Below, one piece after another: positions 1 to 12,367 of a DNA stretch of 64,000 bases. The stretch comes from Lepidodermella squamata (taxonomy: Eukaryota > Animalia > Gastrotricha): NCBI GenBank assembly GCA_047495785.1, contig JBLDXI010000015.1, forward strand, positions 4,774,001-4,838,000, given 5' to 3'. Below the pieces are notes generated by a model that saw nothing but the letters and a program-made list of their open reading frames with translations, was not told the DNA's origin and ran no database searches. Within the stretch, counting starts at the first letter, position 1. Each line of letters opens with the position of its first letter. Both the position numbers and the translations under genes were made by a program.

Positions 1-1274
1 GAAGAACTATGAATAGCGTGTCGATGAATTCAATGGGTTTTGAAAGCACGAAGAGGTCGAGCCAGAAGACTAATGGGTCATTTTCGAATTCGGTAACGCA
101 GACTTGCTGGTAGACCGGGCTCATGAATGCTCTCCGAAGAGAGTAACGCGCCAGGCGGACGCAAATAGTAGCGCTCAGCACAAACATGAAGGCGTTCCAC
201 GTCGCTAGAGATCCACGGATAACAAACGGCTTGCGATTCGCCATGAATTTTCGGCCGAAATACACAAGGCCGAGGTAGATGGCGCCGAAAACAATTGACA
301 AATATCGGTGGTCGACGGTCCATTGCCGGACTGAGTAGTGCGGGTAGGTTTTTTCGAAATCATACCACGCCGTCGCGTGTTTAGCTGCATCAGCCATTCT
401 CCAATAAACTTAATATGTCTAGAATTAGTAAAAATTCAAATTAGTCGAAGTAAATCTAGACAGCGCCTTCGGCACATCAGCTACTAACGACCGAATGTGG
501 AGATCGTTAATTAAATCTCACGGCTGTTAAGTCGCACACCTGTGCTGTTATGCAACGCGGCAAATACGAGTTGCCAGCAGTAGGGGCGAGTGGGTGCGCA
601 TCCGGCTGTTGCTTGTTGCCGAGAAAGCAGCCTAAACAAAATTTGTGGGTGTGCGCACGCGCGCGCGCAAAGAGAGCGAGCGCGCTGTGTTGATGGTTTT
701 GAAAACACAGAAATATGCCTCATGTCAAGCGCGCGATCGTTGTTTGTTGTAGACTGTAGACACTAGTATAGTATAGTTTATCTGTATGGGTTTGCTCCCA
801 AATGGACGAACGACGCTCACGCCGCTTCGATCGGCGCGTTATACTGCTGATGCTCACACGCGAACGGAGACCGCTTTAATAATAGAATTATGCTCCGAAA
901 GCCATACGATAGTCGCCTCTGCTTTGCTTTTATTATTATTTACGTTCAGCCTCGGCTCTCAACTCAGCCCCATTGAAAACTGTATAGCCTCTTTCCCGGC
1001 ATAACTATGTTATCGTTATTTCAAGTCACTGCTGCGGCGAGTGAATGCGAAACGGCGGCGACGGCAATAAAACGATATTTACGCATTTATGATCAAAATG
1101 TCTCACACAAGCCGAAAAAATCGATTTTTTTACATTTATGAAATCATAATAAACAATGACTTTTATACACTCGGATCATCCTCTCATTGGGGTAAGCATT
1201 GCCATTGACCAAACAATTATAGCCCATATCAAGTTTCAAGCTGGCGATATAAAACACATAGCAATTGTCATCAT

Positions 1275-4196
1275 TCAAATGCCTGCGATCAAAAGGCATG
1301 ACGTTAGAAGAAGCACGGCAGTATGAAGAACAGGGTGACCGATATAAGCAGCTCCACTGACCAGGAAATACGGATTGTGGGTGCGGACGTTTTGATCTTC
1401 TAAGCGGCAAGTCGTTTTTGCTGCTTCAGTTGACATGAGCGAAAACACAGCGGCGGTTGAAACTGTTTTTGCGGCGGTAATCACTGGCTGTGCTGGAATC
1501 GGCGACTCGACCGAACCGGAAAATTGGATAGAAGAATTTGTCAAACGGTTGTAAAGATACATATTCGATTTGAAGGCAGCGCCGCCAATGGACACCAATC
1601 GAATCTGAACGAAAGAAGTCAATTTAAGAGCCATGCAAATTGAACACCGCAAACCTTATCAGTAGTGACGTGATAGTCAAATTCTCCACCATTGAAATGA
1701 AGACCCTTAAATTGAATTGTCGTAATTTCAGGGTGAGGCAAACTTGGGCGCAAAATGTCGAGTCGATTCGCTTCAATGCGTAAACCTCCGAAACCAAAAA
1801 TCAAAGCTTGTAGGAAGGACGAAGCTGAGCCAATGTGACCCGCGGCCGATACCGAAGTTCGATCCGTCAAATTACGCCAGATCTTTGAAAATACAAATAT
1901 TCAGGCCTTAAGTAGCATATAGATGAATATTCAACTCACGAAAAATGGCGATGACGCATACGTCATCCAAAGCTCGTTATTGAAAACCATTTGGCCGGTG
2001 GAAAGCTCAGTTGAGGTTCCAAGTTGAAGATGCGAGACTGCCTTGATCGCAATCGCCGTAGCCGGGGCGCCTGTCGGGCGGTCAGCGGTCGATTCGAAGT
2101 CACGATTGTAAGACTGCATATCGGTGACAAGATAGGAGTAGTTCGAAATTTCCAAAAACCGGCCGCTCATGTTCCAAGCAGCCGGAAAATGAGCCAGCAT
2201 GGCATCGGCCTGAGAAATCGCCAGCTTGCCACTGCCGAAATAGCCCTCGAATTGCTCGTTACCCATTTTCAATTTGTTGAATGGGAAAGCGAGACGTTTC
2301 GCCTTTTCAAGCAGTGCGCCATCTGAAGTATCTCGAGGCTTGTTAATCGAACACTTGACGTAGTTCAGGAAATGGATGGCTTGCGCCGCTAGAACATTAG
2401 TCAGCAAGTTATTCGTCTGGCTCTGATGCAGTTCATCAGGACCGCAGACACCGGTGATTGAGTAATAATCGCCAGCACGAGTCGTGTTTTTCTGAATTTT
2501 CTGGTCGAAAAATTTCACGATTTTCTCGAGGCTATCAAGACCACCGCGTTGGGGCAATTCGAGCCAACTTTGATCGCGAGTTATAGCGTGATAGTGGCGA
2601 ATCGCCAGGCCGAGAAGGCCAGTCGGGTAGAGAGCTTGTTGTGGACAATGTTGGCACCAGACAGCGTCAACGGCTGAGCCAGTTCGAGCTGATTCGAAAG
2701 GAACAGGCGGGCTGTTGCTTTGAATCTGTCTAGATCGATAGAACAGGATTTGTCGAGCAAGGTCGGGGTGGAAAATCGCAACCGGGCCAAACGTGAACAA
2801 TTCTTGCTCGGGGGTCACGTGACCAGCAGAATCGTTGCCACCACGACCTAGGCCGCACGCTGAAATGCCGTAGAACTGCGTGTCCTCCGTCGTCGTTGAT
2901 GTCGTCGGCAAGTTAGCCCCGTAGCGATCGGCAAATGGGAACTGGCTGTAAACTTGGTACAAACTTGACTTGATCAAACGACGAATTTTAGCGTAATTTT
3001 CGCCAGTTCCCTGAACTTCGATACTCCCACCCTGGTACCGCTTTTCCCATGCCTTAAGGTGGAGATTCAAAAATGCCGTAAAGTCAGTCATTGACGTTTG
3101 AGCTGCTTTGAATTCTTCGAGCGCGGAGTTTTTGTCTTTACCAGGCGCTATAGTTTGCAGGTAAAGATTTTCGGCGACTGTTTGTTCTCGCCTGAATGTG
3201 ACCTGCATGCTGGTAATAGCTGACGTCGATCCAGCTTGAGGGCCATTTGAAATCACGACAATGTCAGAGTCGCTGTTGTCAGCAGGGCTCATGACGTTGA
3301 AAATTCGCTGGCTAGAAAAATTCGAAGAATAAGACTAAACATTCTAATCAACTATAATACCACTTACAATCCGTCAACACCAGAATTTTCCGGCAGCCTT
3401 TCGAACCTGTTGTTGATCATTTGAAGGTCATCTTTGAATTTCTCGTCCGACAAAGCATTGGCGTGGTTCAACGAGAGTGAAAACGTCCTCATAGTTTGGG
3501 TTGATGAAACTTGTTTCTTCACGACTCGAATTGCGTGGAAAAATGTTCGCGAGTAATGGGCGTGAACTCCCATAATCGAACGAATGTAGTAATTGGGCGT
3601 TTCAATCACCTCCTCCCAGAGAGCTGAAGAAAATGTTGATTTAATCATGATAATATTTTCTTAATTTAATCTTATATACCCTTCGTGATATTGAAGTAAA
3701 AATTTCGTTTCGTAGTTACGTCCAGCACTTCATCGGTTCTGCTGATTCTGAACATTGCGTAATTCGGGATTCGAACCCGTGTAGCTATATTTTTACCATT
3801 CATGCTTGCTGATCGATACAAACCGGCCAAATATAGAGATTCCTGTTAAAATTAGAATTAGAATGTCCTATATTACTGGCAAAAGATTTCCTATTAATTA
3901 CGTTGTAAACCACCGTTCCAACGACACCAGACGATAATTCAGGTAACTCTCGGCTATTGTACGCTGTCATCGCTTGGGTTAGAATATTTTCATCGTTTAT
4001 TGAAGACGCATATTGAGGACCACCGGGTAACCTAAATATCAAGAGTTGCAGGCATATTTCACCGGTTCGCTGAATATAATTACGAGGATGTTTTAATGAA
4101 ATCCTCATTCGGATTGCTGGACAGCGACAAGTCCACCGGATCGACTTGGGCATTCACGCCAATGAAAGCTAGCGCCACCACAGACGCCACGAGCAT
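1275..4196 (-). CDS. GH65-family glycosidase (PGGHG/ATHL1 acid trehalase-like) with signal peptide and hydrophobic C-terminus; multi-exon
   Basis: Exon 1 reads MLVASVVALAFIGVNAQ (signal peptide). The core exon 1931-3292 has GH65 motifs: HLKAWEKRY..GSIEV, SSLYQVYS, GISACGL, PFESARTG, GPDE (catalytic acid), SQADAML, and later FLQALIFGFGGLR. Short GT-AG introns join the ORF fragments. It ends in HTAVLLLTSCLLIAGI*. Confidence 0.8.
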
Positions 4197-5148
4197 GTTT
4201 TCTTGCCTGAAAATATTAGCTGGAATCAAAGAAACGCGTATTCATACGATTGGTTGCTCACATATTTCCGGATAATTGTTCAAATTACAGGGCAGTGTCT
4301 TTAAAAATGCTACTAAACCTAACAACGAAAAAACAATTCCGAAATCTTCGCGATGATTAGTCGTTGAAATATTGCTTATGAAGCGACAAATTCTGGAGAA
4401 ATCTGTTCATTCATTATGTTATTACCGGTTTGTGATACCCTCTCTTTACTGCGCTGAGAAAGGGCGATAACGCTGCGTTCCATTCCCACTACGGCACACA
4501 TGTTTATTGTTCCGTCGACGTGATGCCGTTTGCATTATTAGTAAGCTTGTCGGCAACCTTTATTCGGTTTCATATCAACCCCGCATGTAACATACGTTTA
4601 GCACCGAAATGAGTCCTCTTGTGCCTTATCAGGATACAATAAGCAGTGGAAATTCTACTTGTGATTAGCTCGGATTTTGTCCCCACCATAATCATAGTTG
4701 TAGGAATACTAACGAAATGAGTAGCCTTCATTCGGCTATATCGCCCTTTGCCTATTCTGCCACTCGAAGCACGGTAGGTAGAAATACCACAGATGCAGGG
4801 ATTCACAGTGTCATCACCGCGTCGATAAACAGTATCAGACATAGTCAAGCTTCAATTTTTATTTTTTCGTCGAAAAACAAAGCCATGTTTGCAGTTTCTC
4901 CTCAAAAATGTGAAGATATATATGCTTTAAAGTACATAAATTTTCAGATTTCACCTTAATTTTTCACCTTTCGAAAATATATATAACTGAGCTGAGTTAC
5001 TATAGTTGCGATATGATAAAGAATTCAAATATGGTAAATTTAAACAGATTTTCGCATGATTTTTCTATAATTTTGAAGTCTACGTATTTATCGCTAACAA
5101 CCATGGGTCGAGGAAAAAGTTGGGCTCCAAATAATTAAATTTGAGCAT

Positions 5149-6286
5149 TTAGTCGCTTCTTTGCTTGCCCTTGCCAGCAGCCGGCTTCTTGCTGCCTGAA
5201 AAGTAGGTCTTGTAGAAGAAGTCAGCGAATAGCAGGAAATAGCTGAAGTAGATCGCCAGGCCCAAATAAATGGATTCCCAGTGAGCATCGCACTTGGCCG
5301 CGCCGTTGGTGCGGTAGATGAAAGGCGCAACGTTGATAATGCAGCCGAAGATCTAGAAAATAAAACTCATGATCGGGGCTCCTTATCGGAAATGTTAGAT
5401 TCCTTACCATTTGCACAATTTGGAAGATGGTGATGGACATTTGGAAAATTCGAGGCACAATGATTTTGCAAGCGCGCAACAAATAATAAGTGTACCTAAA
5501 ATAATAATAATAAATAACAATTGATTGATTTTTAAATTCGGAAAACTTACATGAATGAGTGAACATACGAGTTCATCGCCACGTACCAGATTCTAGAATG
5601 CAATAATTTCAAAATTAAATTGTTTCTTGTTCCACCCAATAATTCCTTACGAGTTTGGCGGAATCGGAGCAACGCCAAGCGAGTACCAGCACAAAATTAC
5701 CACAGTCACGTGGTGGTAATAATGAAGGAAGTGCTAAGAAAATATGAAAAATCAATTCCTCAAATCTGCTGGAGAAATTTCCATAAAATTATTACCAGGT
5801 GCTGTTTGCGAAGGACGATGAAAATGGTATCAATGAATTCGACAGGTTTCGTCAGTACGAATACATCAAGCCAGAACATGGTCGTCGGGGTTGTATGGTA
5901 TTCATTCTCGCACATTTGGTCAAAAAACGGCAGCTCGACAGTGCGTTTCCAGAAATAGGGCGCTACTCTTACGAAGCAAGCGATGCTGAACACGGATGCC
6001 ACCAAGTTCCACAAGGCAAGGGCTAAATTTTATATAGTGCGATATCCTTATTTCATTTGTAGTTGGAATGTGGCTTACGTCCCCGGAGAACGAAGGGCTC
6101 GCGATTGCGCATGTAAATGCGGCCGATAAAGAGTGTGACCAAATAAATAGCGCCTGCAACGATGGCCAGGTAGCGATTGGTAAGCATCCAGTTATTCCAG
6201 CTGAAGTGGTCGAAGTTTTTCTCGAAATCGAACATCGGAGCGGCCTGTTCGATAACCAGCTTTGCAGTGCCTGAGCTCGCTGCCAT
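5149..6286 (-). CDS. ELOVL6: Very-long-chain fatty acid elongase, ELOVL3/6-like; multi-exon
   Basis: Motifs include FDFEKNFD, MRNREPFVLR, WNLVASVFSI and KPVEFIDTIFIVLRKQ. The His box LHYYHHVTV lies at about 5702-5728. The spliced last exon reads YFSYFLLFADFFYKTY...KGKQRSD* with the stop at 5149. Confidence 0.9.
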
Positions 6287-9285
6287 TTTATCACCAGTCA
6301 GCTAGTAAGACCTATAAAATCAAGCGATTAAAATGAAAGATGGTAATAAAACTTTTATGGCTACACCAGCTACGCATATCGAATCGAAACGCACTAATCG
6401 GTAGGCGATGCAACACGCGCCACTATTTTACGTTGACGCACGTGCCGTCTAATTATTCACCCGAGATTTAAAGAAAGAAAAAATTTAGCGCGAAGTACGT
6501 TATCGTTAACAGAATTCAGGTCATGCTCTTATTGAAAGACGCGTCTTATATTAGACCAAATATTTCGCAAATGCCACTCGCTATTTGGTTATAATGAAGG
6601 CTACGACTTGTAATATGATCGTGACCATTATTTCCCAGTTCACTGCTGTCCTGATAAGATAAAACGGATTTATTTTTTTCTGAATTAGGCGCCTCTGTGA
6701 GTGAAAACAGCGGTGCAAGTTGAAAAAAACCGAGCTCTGTAAACTGACCACGCCATGAGTTTTAGTCCAACACACACGCGCGCTGATCACACCACTACCG
6801 GTGTGACGCCGCGTGTGCTCATGTTATTTTTAAGGCGTGGTTTACCACACCAGCATGGATGGTGTGTATTAAACAAATTAAAGCTATAATCTATTCTGCT
6901 GAAAGGTAGTATGTTTATTTGGACTCCTAAAAAACGGGATATATTGTGGAGAGAGAAGTAATGAATAATATTTCTGGGCATTTCGGCTTTATCTAAATTC
7001 TTCAAACAGGTTAAAAAAGTGTAACGACTTCAAGCTTAATTTTGCTTGCCAATGTCAAGTTCTGTCGGTTCCTTCTACTATTCCGCGTGGGTTGAAAAAA
7101 AGAGTGAACACTAGCTTGGATTTGATATTATATTACGCGCTTGTAGCGGTTGTGGGGGTTCTTTGTGTTTTACAGTTTTCCAGTCATACCTCAGTCATAC
7201 CTCATAATATGCCGGTAAATCGTGCGTGGTCCGTTTACTGAAGACAGCAGCCAATGCTAGTTACCAGCTGAGTTTGTTTACTATAACTAAGCCATGACAT
7301 CTATTGTTAGTGTTTAGCTAGGATTTTATTGTTGCTTCGCGCGGCTATGTTGCGCAGCTTCGCGGTCGCATTAACGGCGCAGTCGCTCTTGTAGGCTTTT
7401 GCCGTTGCTGGGTTAAAATACGAATATGTCCAAGGTCTTCGGTAAAAATTACATGGTGAAAAAATGCAATAAATAGAATAGTTCCGAACAAATAAAAGTG
7501 AGACCAAGGCTGTCGGTGAAAGGATGCCGCATGTCGCATTAGTACTATATTAGATGGACGATGAATCCGATACAGCTATTTAGCCCACAATTTCACTTCA
7601 CTACGAGCTACGAGCTGCAGATTTGTCTCGCATACGTGAGAGGCTTGAACAGGCAATGTTTACATGCGCGATGTCGGCCGGTTGTCAACTTTCAACAAAT
7701 TCGGAGAATTTACAACATCGACCTTCAGAATATTCAGCAACCTCAGTTCAAAATTTCAGCGAAGTGAAAATGATAGTGAAAATTTGGGGTGTGATATTAT
7801 TCATAAATTGTGAATAGTAAGTTCAGAATGCAGCTTTTCTATTTATAGTCATAATTTTGGTTTTCGGAGCATTAATTTTCAGCCTAAACGTCAGGCACAA
7901 AAATATTAGTTGTATGACCTCTCTTTCGAGGGACATGAGAGGTGCGGTGGCGTCTGCGAACAAACAGCAGCAACCTCCTATGTTAAGCATATTATCTTCC
8001 CTTCATACAGCTTTGCATGTGTTAAATTACCTCGTATTATCGACAAAATGCTTCAGGGTCAATGATGACGATGGTGATTGAATCAAGCGATTGTTTCTTG
8101 GCATACAAGAACGTGGATTTTACTAAGAAGAGTGACCATATTCTTCGGAGAACGAAACTATCAGATCTCTAATTTCTGCACTTGCGAACGAGTATAAGAA
8201 CCATCGGAAGCTGCAAATGTTCAAAAAAATCCCCTCTGTTTTTCCTCGGAGTTTCGAGAAAAAAAATCAAATTTCCCGCGTTAATAATCATGCGGCTAAC
8301 AAAATTAATAGAAAACAAAATTTGATATAAACATTATTATTTCAGTTGGGTTTTCATATTTTTTGTGTGAAGGTCATTAATTTACCTGGTGCGGCAGGTA
8401 TAGGTATAGCTCAGGAGATCGTCGAATCGCCGAAACTCTGATGGTTTTTCAAGAAGTTCGACTATCTGGAAAACCCTAGGCTTGTGCTGTAATAGTATGT
8501 AGTATGTGGCCAAGTCCGAGTTATGAGTTATGAGTTTTGAAACATGGGAAATCTCGTTTTAGATGCCGGAAATATTACCCGTCTTCCTTGGGGTTTGACA
8601 GTTGAAATGTGAGCAAGGAACAAGGCACACATCATTTCATCTGTCATCTGCGGACGGTTATACTTATCATCTTATTTCTGATTTGTTGGTATATTTTTAA
8701 CTACATGGCCGCTGATCGTAATGCAGCCTCCGTCGTTTTTTACGAGTTTTCCTGCATTTTGTAACATGCAGCCGGAGAAATCTTGCGCGTTTGCTTGTCG
8801 CTTGTTGCAAGTTGCAATTTACGATAGCTGCAAGTTGTCCGCTAAGTATATCTGAGACAAGTTCTTACAGCGCCTTTTCTGCTTCTGCTTTCAAGCTTAT
8901 TTTCTCCAAGTACAACGTAGGAAGAAGTGATTTAGTCCTTTTGCTTGCATGTTGAGCCAAGAAAACAATGATTCATGTATACACTATACTATATTACAAC
9001 TGCATCCAGGCGAAATCATCTCTGCCGATCATCTGGCGATTTATTGGCATCGCCTTCATCATGACTCATGGCAAGGTAGCATAAATGTATAATTCATAAT
9101 ACTTCCATCTATGTAATGTCGGTAGAACTTGACTTCTTCTGACTTGAAATAGGCATCCAAAAGTGCGTGCTTTCTAAGTCAACGTTGAAACTCGTTCCAT
9201 TCTCAACTTTTTCTAAACTGAAGTTTTTCGTGTAACTTATAATACCCTTTTTACTTTATAGTGACATTACATTGCTTAAATCAGC

Positions 9286-12200
9286 ATGTTGTCACGTCTT
9301 GGAATCGGTAAGTTACACATTTCATCAATTTTTGGAGTAGAATGATTCGATTTTTTTGCAGCAATATCTGCCGTCCCTCTTCTCTTCATTGCGCATATCA
9401 TTGCAACAAGCGGTCCTTACAGATGGATGAGGCATGATGCTTGGGACGAAATTAACGACAAAGTTACGAAAGTCACGAAAGAGAATTGCGCCCGTCTCTC
9501 ACTGAATGAACTTCGGCTCAGCCCGGACACTGTCTCACAAAAGCCATGGTACAACAAGCTGTTAGTTGATCGTTGGTTTGACAACCGCACAGCGCTGATA
9601 CATCTGCACAATATGGCGCTGAATCGAGCATTTTTCTTCTCATATGTCTATCAGAAGCTCAATCATTCAGAGGAATGGCTGATGCAGCCCAACTTGCATT
9701 ACATTTACTTCTCTGTAGAAGCTGATGTGGCCGGTAACCAGGGCTTTGTGAACGGATCTGGTGTTTTCTGGGATAAAAATGCGTCTTATCCGAATTTCTA
9801 CACAACTCTATTGCCTTTCAACAAGACTATGCTGTTTTTTGGTCCTCGAGCGTGGCGTACTTTCGATGACTACATAGAACCGACTAATTGGATAAGAGAG
9901 CCTACGAACGGGACATTTGATATACAGGATTACGGCGCAGGTCCTGATCCTGATTACACGAAAACAACTTATCCTAACAGTCCTTGGTATCTGCTTCATT
10001 TTGGGCAAATACAAGAGCAAAAAAGTACGGTGTTTCCATACGAGGTGTGCGTGTTATATTCGAATGCGACTGGAAAGTACACCAGGGATGAATGCACTCG
10101 TAAGTTTTACGTTTTACTGCTTTCAATTTGTTTCTAAGCAAATTTTTTGTTTAGCTATGAAATTCTTCGGGCCGGCATCACCTAAAGTGACGGATGAGGA
10201 CGAGAGTCGAATGCCGGTTAGATTTACTCAACCTTATTTTGATTGCGGGAGATCGAATCGTTGGATTGTAAGTGCCGCCGCTCCTATTGTCGACTACGTT
10301 CCTCGCTACCTCAACTGGACTCACATGAGACGCGGAAAGTAAGATGATCATTCATATAGCTCTTAGTAGTTTATAACATCTCTGTTTTAATTTAGAATCG
10401 TCGCTACTGCTGTTACAGACATGGAGTTTTTCGCGATCGACTACAATCCGTGTCCGATTTCCGAGGGTAACCCCGTGCCTAATATTTTCGCGCAGACAGA
10501 TCGCTGCAAGAATCTGACCATGTGTGAACCGTCGTCCGGTCATGGTTTTCGTCGAGGCGGCTACACTTGCCATTGTCGACCTGGTTACCGCTACCCGCAG
10601 TGGCAAGAAGGCCCATGGCCCGGAGAATTTATCGAGCGAGCAATCAAGGAAGAACGTGACGATCCTACTGACTTCAACTGCTTGCAAGTCGGTTTCAAGC
10701 GAATGATCAAAGATATCGAAATGACGGGTGACATTCCCGATCGATCGAAATTCGGTATTCTACAAATTGGTCGTAAAAAGCGTAGCACTGACAACGAAAT
10801 CGACTCGGACTCGAGCATCAGCTTCAAATCCGCCCTTCGCGACGCTGTTCAACAAATGGAGCGAGATAAACACAAGAATAGCAAGGGACGAATTGATAAC
10901 ATTAAGGCGGATGACGATCTTCGTCGAATGGTTATGGAAGCTGTCGCTAAGCGTCAACGGACCGCTGCTGCCCAGCTTGCTAATGACACCCAAAGATCTA
11001 ACCGACGCAGCCGCTTATACATCACTGACATGGCAGCAGGTGAAGCTGGCCTCTCGTCCAACTCAACAGATTCAGTCAATAACAAGGTTGTTAATGAGAC
11101 TGATTTGAACTTGCCTCCGATTCTTCGGGAGAAACGCAACGAAAAATTGGCTGAGCAGAAGAAGACGAAATTCGTCGCTTCGGAAGCTAGTGAAAAGTTG
11201 TCCAGGCAAAAGCGTGCTCCTGTTGCAGCCTGGGACTCTGACTCCCACAAACGCATGGAGTTGATATTCGAGAAGGTTCGTAATGTTTCGGCGACGAACT
11301 GTATGTTCAAACGACCGGAGGACATGGAGTTCCCCGAAGAAGTTGGCTATGGCGCTGACAAATTCTTCGACCCGCAATCGCGAATGGCCGTCCGTCTGTC
11401 TAACTTTTTGTCGAACGTTTATCAGAACGTCTTTGCAAACGAATCACTCGGTGCTATTCGATCAAATGAAACCATAAACATTGAGCTACTATTCGGCGAG
11501 GCTTTAGCCATGGTTATGGGTGATGTTCGCATTTATTCAGCCGGCGTTTGGTTCGATGTTGACAAGTACCAGGGTCGTGAAGGACGTCGTGAATTTTTCG
11601 CTCCGTTTGCGTGGCGACCAGATGCTGCTCAGGGCAAGACTGTATCGACCTCGTACAAGGCCAAAGATATGGCTGGCGAAAAGCCGAAATTGCAGCAGTA
11701 CGTCTATGAGAACTGGTTCCAGGACATCAAAATGCGCTGGTTCGGCTCGAAGTATGGTCTGAAACGCTACACGACTCGAATGTGGGTGCGAGAGTCGCCT
11801 CAGGGCAATCTCCTTCAGAAATTCGAGCGTCACCCGATGTTCTACTGGTCGGCGAACGTGTCTGATGGTGTCTGGTCCCGGCCGCATTTCGACTGTCAAT
11901 ACATCAAAGATTGGACGCTGCGATACGCCGTTCCGTTTTTCGGCCTGAAAGACGACCGTTCTGATATTGAATTCAAGGGCGTCGTCACCGTGAACGTCCT
12001 GCTGTCTGACATGGACATCACCCAGTGCCCGCAGCCGTACAACGTCCCGAACGCGTTTAAAAACACGGCCATCTGCGACTACCAGTCAACGTTTTGCATG
12101 CATCTTCAACGGAACAAATTCCGCGCCGGTGGGTACAAGTGCGAGTGTCGGCAGGGCTACGAGTACCCGTTCAACGACTACGCCTGGTACTTCGACGGCC

Positions 12201-12367
12201 AGACGATGGAGGAGCACTACCGGCGTAAAATGAACGGTGAGATTCACATGTTTGACCAGCTCAAGTGCCGATTAGCAAGGGGCGCGCCGTCGGTCCAGCC
12301 GCCCGCCCTCGCCCTCATCCTGGTCGCCAGTCTCGCGGCTGTCTTCCGGCTGAAATTGCTCGCGTAA
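9286..12367 (+). CDS. Secreted or GPI-anchored protein with two tandem GPR158/179-type extracellular (Cache + EGF-like) modules and no 7TM domain
   Basis: The signal peptide MLSRLGIAISAVPLLFIAHIIATS is split by intron 9308-9361, with further introns near 10100-10155 and 10339-10395. The two homologous halves align: FFGPRAWR/FFAPFAWR, FTQPYFDC/WSRPHFDC, IDYNPCP/MDITQCP, GGYTCHCRPGYRYP/GGYKCECRQGYEYP. The hydrophobic tail is ALALILVASLAAVFRLKLLA*. Confidence 0.8.

Noticed and set aside
1607-1655. Apparent frameshifts between consecutive ORFs here and throughout the window, suggesting pseudogenes or recoding
   Set aside because: They are explained by GT-AG introns of about 50-60 nt wherever I checked.
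8380-8450. U1 snRNA-like start (TTACCTGG)
   Set aside because: The similarity stops after 8 nt, and there are no U1 stem-loops or Sm site.
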